Of a DNA stretch of 64,000 nucleotides, positions 28,838 through 37,099 are shown one piece after another. Under the pieces are notes generated by a model. It was given only the letters and a program-made list of their open reading frames with translations, was not told the origin of the DNA and made no database searches. The stretch covers positions 928,001 through 992,000 of the forward strand of contig CAVSZB010000007.1 in the NCBI GenBank assembly GCA_963732385.1. The letters are read 5' to 3'. Position 1 is the stretch's first letter; the number at the start of each line of letters is the position of its first letter. The position numbers and the translations under genes are program-made. The DNA is from an uncultured bacterium. Its GTDB lineage: Bacteria; Krumholzibacteriota; Krumholzibacteriia; LZORAL124-64-63.

Positions 28838-28864
28838 GTATCGTCCGGACCCCGGCCCGGTTTA
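28838..28864 (-). promoter_or_regulatory. sigma28 (FliA/SigD)-like promoter of the GT2-TPR gene
   Basis: TAAA-N15-GACGATAC against consensus TAAA-N15-GCCGATAA. Confidence 0.5.
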
Positions 28865-28965
28865 GCCCCGGCGACCCGGCTTGCCGAGGCGGCGCGGGGC
28901 GGGCATCATGGCGTGGCTACGCCCGCCGGCCGCGACGGCCGGGCCGGCCCGCCAGGAGGAGCCTG

Positions 28966-29544
28966 ATGACCGACCACGAACCGGCGCCGCCGCGCCGCCG
29001 GCTGGCGCCTCCCGAGGCCTCCGCACGCCGGCGCGCGCCGTTCTACGCGCTGCTCGACGACGTGCGCAGCGTCTGGAATGTCGGCTCGATGTTCCGCACC
29101 GCCGACGCGGTCGGCCTCGGGGGGCTCTACCTGTGCGGCCTCACCGCCACGCCGCCGCGCGCCGACATGGAGAAGACCGCCCTGGGCGCCACCCTCACCG
29201 TGCCGTGGGACTACTGGCCACGGGCCGAGGCGGCGGTGGCGGCGCTGCGGACGCGCCGGATCACGATCGTGGCGCTGGAGCAGTCCGCCGGCGCACGGCC
29301 GTTCGACGGGACCGTGTATCCCTTCCCGGTCTGCTTCGTGGTCGGGCACGAGGTGCGGGGCGTGGCGCCCGCCGTGCTGGCGCTCGCGGATGACTGTGTG
29401 GAAATCCCGATGGAAGGCGGCAAACAGTCGCTGAACGTCGCCGTCAGCTTCGGCGTCATGGCGTACGAACTGCGGCGCCAGTGGCTGGCGCTGCCGCCGG
29501 CCGCGCGCGACGCGGCCAGCGCCGCGCGGGAGGAATCGCCGTGA
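28966..29544 (+). CDS. TrmH/SpoU family RNA methyltransferase
   Basis: LDDVRSVWNVGSMFRTADA, KTALGA, VGHEVRGV, IPMEGGKQSLNVAVS. Confidence 0.92.
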   Translation: MTDHEPAPPRRRLAPPEASARRRAPFYALLDDVRSVWNVGSMFRTADAVGLGGLYLCGLTATPPRADMEKTALGATLTVPWDYWPRAEAAVAALRTRRITIVALEQSAGARPFDGTVYPFPVCFVVGHEVRGVAPAVLALADDCVEIPMEGGKQSLNVAVSFGVMAYELRRQWLALPPAARDAASAAREESP

Positions 29545-30119
29545 CCTTCCGCAGCCCCTGGGCATCGCCGTTCTACCGCGCCGGCGTGGGGATGGGCCGC
29601 CGCCTGTGCCGCCTCGCCGGGCGCGACGAGGGGCCGCTGATCCGCCGTCTCGTAACCATCCAGAACGCGCGGGTGCAGCGTCACATCGCGCGGCATCCGG
29701 TGCGCTCGGTGCTGTTGATCCTGCCCCGTTGTGTCCGCCAGCCCGGCTGTCCGGTCGACGTGCGGGGCGACCTGTCTATCTGCGCCGACTGCCGCCGTTG
29801 CCCGCTGGGCGAGGTGGCCCGCCTCACCGCGCGCCGCGGCGTCCGGGCGCTCGTGGCCTTCCGCAGCCGGCAGGCCTTCGCCTTGGCGCGAGAGGAAAGG
29901 CCCGACCTGATCGTGGCCTGCGCCTGCGAAGACCGGCTCGTGAAGGCGCTGCGCGCCTTGCCGGAGATCCCGGCGCTGCTGGCGCCGCTGACCGGCATGG
30001 CGCAGCCGTGCGTCGGCGCGGCGTTCGATCTGGTCTGGGTGACGGAACAGGTCCGCGTCGCGCTGGGTGAGAACGACGACGACCACGCCGCGCGGCCCGG
30101 CGCCGCGTCCGCGGACTGA
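29541..30119 (+). CDS. DUF116-like Cys-rich protein
   Basis: GTGA overlap with the upstream gene; LLILPRCVRQPGC, CADCRRC, IVACACE. Confidence 0.75.
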   Translation: MTFRSPWASPFYRAGVGMGRRLCRLAGRDEGPLIRRLVTIQNARVQRHIARHPVRSVLLILPRCVRQPGCPVDVRGDLSICADCRRCPLGEVARLTARRGVRALVAFRSRQAFALAREERPDLIVACACEDRLVKALRALPEIPALLAPLTGMAQPCVGAAFDLVWVTEQVRVALGENDDDHAARPGAASAD

Positions 30120-30142
30120 CCGCCCCGCGCTCCGGGAGGCCC

Positions 30143-31072
30143 ATGCACACCTGGCTGATCTTCCTGCGCCCGCGGCAGTGGCCGATCCTGACCTGCCAGC
30201 TGGCCGTGGGGGTGCTGGCGGCACCAGCGGCCGTGGCAGGCCTGCGCGCCGGGCGTGCGCCGGACGCGGCCGTGCTGGCCGTGGCCTGGGCCGCCTGGGT
30301 GGTGGCGCTCAACGGCGGCACCCTCGCCTTCAACAGCGCCTACGATCGCGACACCGACAGCGTGGCCTACCTGCGCCGGCCACCGCCTCCCCCCCCCGGC
30401 CTGGCGCGCCGCGCCCTGCTGCTGATGGCCGGCGGCGCGCTGCTGGGCGCGGTCGTGGCGCCCGGGTTCGCCGCCGTCACCGCCGTCTGCGTGCTGCTAT
30501 CCCTCATCTACTCCCATCCGGCCGTGCGGTTGAAGGGGGTGGCGGGAGCCGATCTCGCGGTGAACATGCTCGGGTACGGAGCCGGCACGACGCTGGCCGG
30601 CTTCTTTGCCGGACAGGCGGCGTGGGGGGCCGCCAACGCCACTCCCGACGGCGCCACCTGGCGCCTGGCGGCCGGCTTCGGGCTGCTGTTCGGCTCCTTC
30701 TACCCGCTCACACAGATCTACCAGATCGCTCCGGACCGCCTCCGCGGCGACCGCACCCTGGCGGTGAGGCTGGGACCGCAGCGCGCCCTGCTGCTGGCCC
30801 TGGCGCTCGGCGTGGCCGCGGCTCCCGGCTTCCTGGGCGCGGCGGCCCGCTGGCCCGACGCCGGCGCGACCGGCCGCCCGGTGCCCTGGCTCGCGTTCGG
30901 CATGGGGCTCTGGCTGTTCCACCTGGCCGTGTGGCTCGCGCGGGCGGATCGGCTCTCGGCGCGGCAGCAGGAGGCGGGAATGTACCGCGCCCTGGCGCTC
31001 TGGGCGCTCGTCGATGCGACGGTGCTGGCGCAGCGATTTCTCGTCGGCAGCGGCGACGGCGCGGCGCGCTAG
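30143..31072 (+). CDS. UbiA family prenyltransferase
   Basis: FLRP, NSAYDRDTD, YSHPAVRLK, YPLTQIYQ..DRLRGDRTLAVRLG; multiple TM helices. Confidence 0.85.
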   Translation: MHTWLIFLRPRQWPILTCQLAVGVLAAPAAVAGLRAGRAPDAAVLAVAWAAWVVALNGGTLAFNSAYDRDTDSVAYLRRPPPPPPGLARRALLLMAGGALLGAVVAPGFAAVTAVCVLLSLIYSHPAVRLKGVAGADLAVNMLGYGAGTTLAGFFAGQAAWGAANATPDGATWRLAAGFGLLFGSFYPLTQIYQIAPDRLRGDRTLAVRLGPQRALLLALALGVAAAPGFLGAAARWPDAGATGRPVPWLAFGMGLWLFHLAVWLARADRLSARQQEAGMYRALALWALVDATVLAQRFLVGSGDGAAR

Positions 31073-31075
31073 GCC

Positions 31076-32167
31076 CTAGATCGTCACGCGGCGGCGCCGG
31101 CTGATCTCGCCGTGGTAGCGGAGACCGAGCGCGTCCAGTTCGTCCAGGATGCGTTCGATGAGACGAACCCGCGCGGCGAGCGGGAGGAATGCGCTCTTGA
31201 AACCGTTCATCACCAGGTTGACGATCTGCTCCGCCGTCAGGTCGAAGTGCTCCACGGCAAGCGCCAGCTCGTTGGTGACGGTGGTGCCCGAGACGAGTCG
31301 ATTGTCGGTATTGAGCGTGATGCGCAGCCCCGCGTCCAGATAGCGACGGATGGGATGGCTGCGCAGGTCCGGCACGGCGCGTGTCTGCAGGTTGCTGGCC
31401 AGACAGACCTCCACGGCGATGCGCCGGTCGTTGACCCACGCCATCAGGTCGGGATCCTCGATCAGGCGGGTGCCGTGGCCGATACGGTGCGCGCCACAGT
31501 AGTGGATCGCCTGGTGGATCGAGGCCGGTCCGAAGGCCTCGCCGGCATGGATGGTGACGTTGATGTTGTGATTGAGGATGAGATAGAACGCCTGGATGTG
31601 GTGCTTCGCCGGATAATCCTTCTCGGCGCCGGCCAGGTCGAACCCGACCACGCCGCGTCCTTTCCACCGTACCGCCAGCTCGGCGAGCCGGAACGACGAC
31701 TCCGGCGAAATATGCCGGATGCCACAGATGATCTGGCCGGTCATGATGCCGAAGCGCTGGCGCGCCCGGTCGAGCCCCTCCTGGACCGCGGCCACCACAT
31801 CGTCGGGCTGCAGGCCGTCATCGACATGCAGCAACGGCGAGTAGCGCACCTCCATGTAGCGGACATTCTCGCGGTGCGCGTCCTCGGCCAGCTCGAAGGC
31901 GATCCGCACGAGTTCGTCCCCCTGCTGCATCATGCGCAGCGTGATGTCGAAGACGCGCAGGTACTCCTCGAGGCTGCCGCAGTTCTGGTCCACCTCGCAG
32001 ACCCGGCGCACGTCCTCATCGGTGGCGAAGTCGAACGGCAGGCTGTGGAGGGCGGCCAGTTCGCGCACCGTGGACAGGCGCAGGGAGCCGTCGAGATGGA
32101 CGTGGAGATCGGTCTTGGGCAGCGCCCTCAGGAAAGCGATCCCGGGGCGCCCGACGGAATCGGTCAT
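31076..32167 (-). CDS. add: Adenosine deaminase
   Basis: PKTDLHVHLDGS, YMEVRYSP, GFDLAGAE, TIHAGE, RIGHG, LNTDN; GGAGG SD. Confidence 0.95.
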   Translation of the reverse strand: MTDSVGRPGIAFLRALPKTDLHVHLDGSLRLSTVRELAALHSLPFDFATDEDVRRVCEVDQNCGSLEEYLRVFDITLRMMQQGDELVRIAFELAEDAHRENVRYMEVRYSPLLHVDDGLQPDDVVAAVQEGLDRARQRFGIMTGQIICGIRHISPESSFRLAELAVRWKGRGVVGFDLAGAEKDYPAKHHIQAFYLILNHNINVTIHAGEAFGPASIHQAIHYCGAHRIGHGTRLIEDPDLMAWVNDRRIAVEVCLASNLQTRAVPDLRSHPIRRYLDAGLRITLNTDNRLVSGTTVTNELALAVEHFDLTAEQIVNLVMNGFKSAFLPLAARVRLIERILDELDALGLRYHGEISRRRRVTI

Positions 32168-32345
32168 GCGTACCTCCCGAGGGGACAAGAGATTGTCGAT
32201 GCGGTCGGTCTGACCCGGCTGGAGTGCGACTCAGCTCCCAGCCGCGCCGCGCCCGGCATCCGACCCGCGCCGCAGGCCGGAACACCCCGCATCGACAAAT
32301 CGGAGAAAACAGTGGCAGACGGCGATCGGCCCGTCTCCAGTACTT
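32168..32345 (-). ncRNA. Candidate structured cis-regulatory 5' leader of add
   Basis: Perfect 12-bp inverted repeat (32193-32204 / 32287-32298) enclosing two hairpins; lies between a sigma70-like promoter and the add SD. Confidence 0.45.
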
Positions 32346-32348
32346 TAG

Positions 32349-32377
32349 AGGATACAGGCTGGCGGCCGTCCCGGCAA
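32349..32377 (-). promoter_or_regulatory. sigma70-type promoter of add
   Basis: TTGCCG-N17-TATCCT on the minus strand. Confidence 0.5.
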
Positions 32378-32454
32378 GAGCGAGCGGTATTGGACAAGCC
32401 CGCGGCAGCGCGATATATTCAAGCGTCTCTACCTCACGATTGCCCGAAAGGAGC

Positions 32455-33243
32455 ATGTCCATGCCGCGGGTCTGGAAGCTCTTTGCGGCGGCAGCCTCGC
32501 TGCCTGCCGTGCTGTTGATCTTCGCCGTGCTGGCCGCCGACCGGGCAGTCGCACAGGAGCAGGCCGGCATTACCGGCGCCGTCGAAGACACGACCGTCGC
32601 CGCCGGCCCGGTTTCCGCCGACGCTCCGCCGGCAACCACGCGCCACAAGCACACCCATCTGCTCGCGGTTTCCGCGCACGGCGGCTGGCGAGTGCCGGTG
32701 CGCATCCTCAAGGAGAACAAGCGCAACATCAACGACATCATGTCGTCCAGCACCGGCTTCGATGCCGGTCTGCGCTGCTATCTCCTCGATGGTCTGGCCC
32801 TGGGAGCGCGGTACGCGCGCGGCGGGCTCGACCTGACGGACAACACCCTGGACCTGGCCCGCTTCAGCCTCACCGGCGACGAATATCTGAAACTCGACTG
32901 CTATACCGTCTGGTTTTCGGCGTATCTCGGCAACGCCCTGATGCCGGATTCCCGGTTCAACCCCTACCTGACGCTGAGCGCCAGCAAGTACGATTGGGCT
33001 TTCAACCGGGGGGGCCGTGACGGCGAAACGTACATCATCCTCGAAACGCCGGTTATGGGCAAGGATATCGGGGTGGCCGGAGGAATCGGCTGCGAGTACG
33101 CGCTCGGCAGCCGGCTCTGGCTGGAGACCGAGTGGATCTGGAACTACGTCTTCACCGAACTGGACCGCTCGGACGACGTCTTCAGCGTTTGGACCAACAC
33201 GCACTACTGGAATCTGGGCCTCGGGCTGGTCCTCGGTTTCTGA
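32455..33243 (+). CDS. Outer-membrane beta-barrel protein
   Basis: Signal peptide; FNPYLTL, GGIGCEY, C-terminal WNLGLGLVLGF; AGGAG SD; upstream TGGACA-N17-TATATT. Confidence 0.8.
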   Translation: MSMPRVWKLFAAAASLPAVLLIFAVLAADRAVAQEQAGITGAVEDTTVAAGPVSADAPPATTRHKHTHLLAVSAHGGWRVPVRILKENKRNINDIMSSSTGFDAGLRCYLLDGLALGARYARGGLDLTDNTLDLARFSLTGDEYLKLDCYTVWFSAYLGNALMPDSRFNPYLTLSASKYDWAFNRGGRDGETYIILETPVMGKDIGVAGGIGCEYALGSRLWLETEWIWNYVFTELDRSDDVFSVWTNTHYWNLGLGLVLGF

Positions 33244-33269
33244 TCCCTTTTCCCGCGGCCCCGCGCGCA

Positions 33270-33297
33270 AAGGCGCCCCGGTCAACCGGGGCGCCTT
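33270..33297. terminator. Probable bidirectional terminator between the OMP gene and ahcY
   Basis: aaggcgccccgg-tcaa-ccggggcgcctt. Confidence 0.7.
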
Positions 33298-33327
33298 CTG
33301 CTTGCGTCAGGACGCCACTGTCCCCAC

Positions 33328-34596
33328 TCAGGTGCCCGACGCGTAATCGTCCTGGTACCGGATCTGCTCCGGGGTGAGGCTGTCGACCGCCACGCCGAGC
33401 GTGCGCAGCTTCAGGCCGGCCAGCATCTGGTCCTGGGAATCCGGGATGTCGTGCACGCTGGCGTCGAGGGTGCGCCCCTCCGCCGCCAGCCTGATCAGGC
33501 TGAGGAACTGGTTCGCGAAGGACATGTCCATGACCTCGCTGGGATGCCCCTCGGCGGCGGCGAGATTGACCAGGCGCCCCTTGGCCAGCACGTAGATACG
33601 GCGGCCGTCGGGCAGCGTGTACTCTTCGCAGTTGGCCCGGATCTCCCGCACCGATTTCGCCAGGCCGGCCAGGTCGGTGAGGTTGATCTCGCAATCGTAG
33701 TGACCTGTATTGCAGACGATCGCGCCGTCCTTCATGCTCTCGAAGTGACGCTTCACGATCACGTCCTTCATGCCGGTGGCCGTGATGAAGATATCGCCGA
33801 CGCGGGCCGCCTCGTCCATCGGCAGGACCCGGTGGCCGTGCAGGACCGCCTTGAGCGCCGCCGTCGGCTTGATCTCCGTGCAGATGACGCTGGCGCCCAG
33901 ACCGTGCGCGCGCATGGCGCAGCCCCAGCCGCAGTGCCCGAAGCCGGCCACGACGAAATTCTTCCCGGCCAGCAGCACGCTCGTGGCGCGCAGGATACCG
34001 TCGATACTCGACTGCCCGGTGCCGAAAACGTTGTCGAAGTCCCACTTCGTCTCGGCGTCGTTGACGGCAATGACCGGGTACTTCAGGGCGCCGGCGGCGG
34101 CCATGGCGCGCAGCCGATGCACACCGGTCGTCGTCTCCTCCGTGCCGCCGATGATCGTCTTCGCCAGTTCCGGATGCCGGTTATGGACCGAGAAGATAAG
34201 GTCGGCGCCGTCGTCGAGCGTCAGCGTGGGGCGGAAGTCGAGCGTGCGGTCGATGGCCCAGTAGAACTCCTCGGTGTTCATGCCGTGCCAGGCGAAGATC
34301 GGCACGCCCAGATCGGCCAGCGCGGCCGCCACCTCGTCCTGCGTCGAGAGCGGATTGCAGCCGGACCACGACACCTCGGCACCCGCGGCCACGAGCGTCT
34401 TCACCAGGACCGCGGTCTCCTTCGTCACGTGGAGACAGCCCGCCACGCGCATGCCGCGCAGACTCTGCTTGCGCGCATGCTCCTCGCGCAACGCCATGAG
34501 CACCGGCATGCGGGCCTCCGCCCAGTCGATCTTCAGGTGGCCCTGGGGCGCCAGGCCGGGGTCGGCCACCTTGCAGGCAAGCTTCTGGTCAGCCAT
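33328..34596 (-). CDS. ahcY: Adenosylhomocysteinase
   Basis: CLHVTKETAVL, GCNPLSTQD, LDDGAD, EETTTGV, KWDFDN..GTGQS, GRLVNL, GHPSEVMDMSFANQ. Confidence 0.97.
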   Translation of the reverse strand: MADQKLACKVADPGLAPQGHLKIDWAEARMPVLMALREEHARKQSLRGMRVAGCLHVTKETAVLVKTLVAAGAEVSWSGCNPLSTQDEVAAALADLGVPIFAWHGMNTEEFYWAIDRTLDFRPTLTLDDGADLIFSVHNRHPELAKTIIGGTEETTTGVHRLRAMAAAGALKYPVIAVNDAETKWDFDNVFGTGQSSIDGILRATSVLLAGKNFVVAGFGHCGWGCAMRAHGLGASVICTEIKPTAALKAVLHGHRVLPMDEAARVGDIFITATGMKDVIVKRHFESMKDGAIVCNTGHYDCEINLTDLAGLAKSVREIRANCEEYTLPDGRRIYVLAKGRLVNLAAAEGHPSEVMDMSFANQFLSLIRLAAEGRTLDASVHDIPDSQDQMLAGLKLRTLGVAVDSLTPEQIRYQDDYASGT

Positions 34597-34656
34597 TCGT
34601 TCTCCCGTCGGTTAGGGATCGGTTGCCGGACGATCGTGGGTCAGCCCCGCGCCCGG

Positions 34657-35700
34657 TCATGCGCTCACATCAGCCGGCGTGCCGGCGGCAGCGGGCCGGG
34701 CAGCCACCGCCAGGAACAGGTCCGGCCACCCGGCGCCGTCGCGACGCCGGCGCCCGCCGGCGGGCGGGGCGGCGGGCCGAGTCGCATAGGCCAGCGGCGC
34801 CAGCCCCGCCTGGCGCAGCAGCCGTTCCAGTTCATCCCGCGCGAAGCCGAGCCACTGGTGACCCCGCTCCTCCCGCATCCAGGCCTGCTCGTGCCGCGTG
34901 AAATCGAGCAGCACGACGCGTCCGCCCGGACGCACGACCCGCGCCAGCTCGGCCAGCGCCGTGGCCGGTCGCGCCACATGCCTCAGGACCATCGAGGCAA
35001 ACGCGGCATCGCACACTCCGTCGCGCAGGGGCAGCGCCTGCACGTCGGCACGCTCAAAGGTGATCCCCGTCAGCCGTTCCCGCGCGCACGCCTCGCGGGC
35101 ACGATCCAGCATGGCTGAGCTGCTGTCGACCGCGATCACCTGGCAGCCTGCCGCCGCCAGCAGCGGCAGCAGGGCCCCGGTGCCAGTGCCGACATCAAGC
35201 ACCCGCAGACCGGGCGGGACGAGAGCAGCCACCGCGGCCAGGTGGAGTTCTGAACTTTCGAAGTCCCGACGGATGTCGTCCCAGCGCCGGGCCGCCCCGG
35301 CGAAAAAGCGCCCGGCCCGCGCGTCCCGCTCGCGCAGGACCGCGGCCAGCGCGACGTCGTCGGCGACGACGCCGGGCAGCGTTCCCGCGGCCGCGAGCAC
35401 CCCGTCATGCAGCGCGACACCGCCCGCGAATTCGGCCGCTGCGACCGCGGCGTACCAGCTCCAGGTCCCTTCGCGCCGCTGCCGGATCCAGCCCGCCTCG
35501 CGCAGCAGGGCCAGATGCCGGGAAACCTGCGGCTGCCCCGCCCCCAGGACCCGCACGAGTTCCTGCACGTTCAGCTCTTCCCGCCGCAACAGCCACAGCA
35601 GACGCAGCCGGGTCGGATCGCTCACCGCCCGCAGGATCTCCTGGGGAGCGGGAGCCGACGCTCCTGGCTGGCTGGAGGCTATATATCCCTTCATACGCAT
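34657..35700 (-). CDS. ArsR HTH plus SAM-dependent methyltransferase fusion regulator (SahR-like)
   Basis: SDPTRLRLL..ELNVQEL..QPQVSRHL..RREG; FFAGAARRWD; VLDVGTGTG; MVLRHV..P; immediately upstream of ahcY; start at 35700 or 35694. Confidence 0.88.
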   Translation of the reverse strand: MRMKGYIASSQPGASAPAPQEILRAVSDPTRLRLLWLLRREELNVQELVRVLGAGQPQVSRHLALLREAGWIRQRREGTWSWYAAVAAAEFAGGVALHDGVLAAAGTLPGVVADDVALAAVLRERDARAGRFFAGAARRWDDIRRDFESSELHLAAVAALVPPGLRVLDVGTGTGALLPLLAAAGCQVIAVDSSSAMLDRAREACARERLTGITFERADVQALPLRDGVCDAAFASMVLRHVARPATALAELARVVRPGGRVVLLDFTRHEQAWMREERGHQWLGFARDELERLLRQAGLAPLAYATRPAAPPAGGRRRRDGAGWPDLFLAVAARPAAAGTPADVSA

Positions 35701-35732
35701 TAATGAATACCAAAGGCCCGGACAGCCGTCAA
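35690..35732 (-). promoter_or_regulatory. Promoter of sahR-like/ahcY with an overlapping palindromic operator
   Basis: TTGACG-N17-TATTCA; palindrome TTCAT-N8-ATGAA (35690-35707) over the -10 box and start codon. Confidence 0.6.
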
Positions 35733-35782
35733 GTGGTGGAATCCGCTCTGCCGTGTCTTGGCACCCGCCGCGGAGCGATGGG

Positions 35783-37099
35783 TCAGGTGGAAACGACCGG
35801 GGTCGCAACGCCGGTCGGGCCGAGGCAGGCGTACCACAGCAGGTCGGTCAACGGCAGCACCGGCAAAGCCGGCGAGCGTTTCCCCAGCGCGGCCTGGATC
35901 TGGCCTAGGCAGCCGGGATTGCCGGTCACCACGAGATCCGCTCCGGTCGCGGCCAGGTTGCCCGCCTTGCGCCGGCCCATCCGCGCCGACAGGTCAGGAT
36001 GCAGCAGCGCGTACGGTCCGCCGCTGCCGCAACAGACCTCCGCTTCCTCCGGATCGACGATCGTCAGGCCGGGGATGCGCGCCAGCAGCGCGCGCGGCTC
36101 GCGCACGATCCCCTGGCCGTGTCGCGCGTGGCAGGGATCGTGGTAGACGACGCGCAGCGGCATCGTTTGCGCCGGCGGCAGCGACCGCCCGGCCAGCAGC
36201 ACGGCGGCATCGCGCACCCGGTCCGCCAGCGCGGGCGGGGAATGCCGCAGTTCCAGACCGCAGCCGGCCGCCTCCACCACAACCACGTCCATCCCGTCGA
36301 CCGGCGCGAAGGCCGCCAGGTTCACCGCGCGCGACCGCGCTGCTGTCTCTGACTGGCCGGCGTGCGCCGCCAGCGCGCCACAGCAGGTCTGTCCCCCGAC
36401 CTCCACCAGTTCGCAGCCGGCCGCCACGAGCAGCGCGCGCAGGCGACGCTGCGACGCCGGCAGCAGGTCGGCGCTGGCGCAGCCGGCGAAAAGGGCGACG
36501 CGCAGCGGAGGGCCGGACGCGCCGGCCGGCGTCGTCAGCGGCGGCCTCTCCACCGCGGGCAAGGGCGTTCGCCCCGCGCCTGCCCGCGCGGTCAGGCGGT
36601 CCAGCAGCCGCACCAGGGCGGCGTCGCCGGGGGACCACGGCACGCTCGCCGCGAGATGCCGCAGCATCGCCGCCGGTCCGCGCCCGCCTGGCCCGGCGAA
36701 GGCGCGGACCGGCACCGTCGCGGCGCGCAGCCCCCGCAGGACGCCGCGCCGCGCCAGGAGGGAGGCCATGACCCGGGCGCCGGCGCCGCGTCGAGCCGCG
36801 TGCCCGAGCGCCTTGGCCGCCTCGAACAGATCGAGCGCCACGCCGCTCGGGCAGGCGGTGATGCAGGCCTGACAGCCGAGACACTGGTCGAAGGCGGTCA
36901 GGGCGGACGGCTCGGGCGGCCGTTCCGGAGCGGCCAGCAGTTCCCCGAGCAACAGCAGCCGCCCGCGCGGCGACTGCGCCTCGCTGCCGGTGGCGAGATA
37001 GGTGGCGCAGTGCGGCAGGCAGAGACCGCACTGGATGCAGGAGCGGAGCAGACGGTCGAGGCGCGCGCGCAGCGCGGGGTCATCGCTCGGGAGGCTCAC
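35783..37099 (-). CDS. glcF: GlcF-like Fe-S subunit (2x 4Fe-4S plus CCG domains)
   Basis: GTGA overlap; CIQCGLCLPHCATY, SPRGR, CLGCQACITACPSGV, CCGAL, YHDPCH..HGQ, CCGSGG, GNPGC. Confidence 0.85.
   Translation of the reverse strand: MSLPSDDPALRARLDRLLRSCIQCGLCLPHCATYLATGSEAQSPRGRLLLLGELLAAPERPPEPSALTAFDQCLGCQACITACPSGVALDLFEAAKALGHAARRGAGARVMASLLARRGVLRGLRAATVPVRAFAGPGGRGPAAMLRHLAASVPWSPGDAALVRLLDRLTARAGAGRTPLPAVERPPLTTPAGASGPPLRVALFAGCASADLLPASQRRLRALLVAAGCELVEVGGQTCCGALAAHAGQSETAARSRAVNLAAFAPVDGMDVVVVEAAGCGLELRHSPPALADRVRDAAVLLAGRSLPPAQTMPLRVVYHDPCHARHGQGIVREPRALLARIPGLTIVDPEEAEVCCGSGGPYALLHPDLSARMGRRKAGNLAATGADLVVTGNPGCLGQIQAALGKRSPALPVLPLTDLLWYACLGPTGVATPVVST

Noticed and set aside
32221..32290. 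TPP or canonical purine riboswitch in the add leader
   Set aside because: GGGGUG..CUGAG resembles the TPP 5' half, but the ACCUGAU/GxUAAU 3' half is missing; the purine riboswitch junction sequences are also missing, so it is kept only as a novel candidate
34597..34656. SAH/SAM riboswitch upstream of ahcY
   Set aside because: Only ~60 nt intergenic and no recognisable consensus
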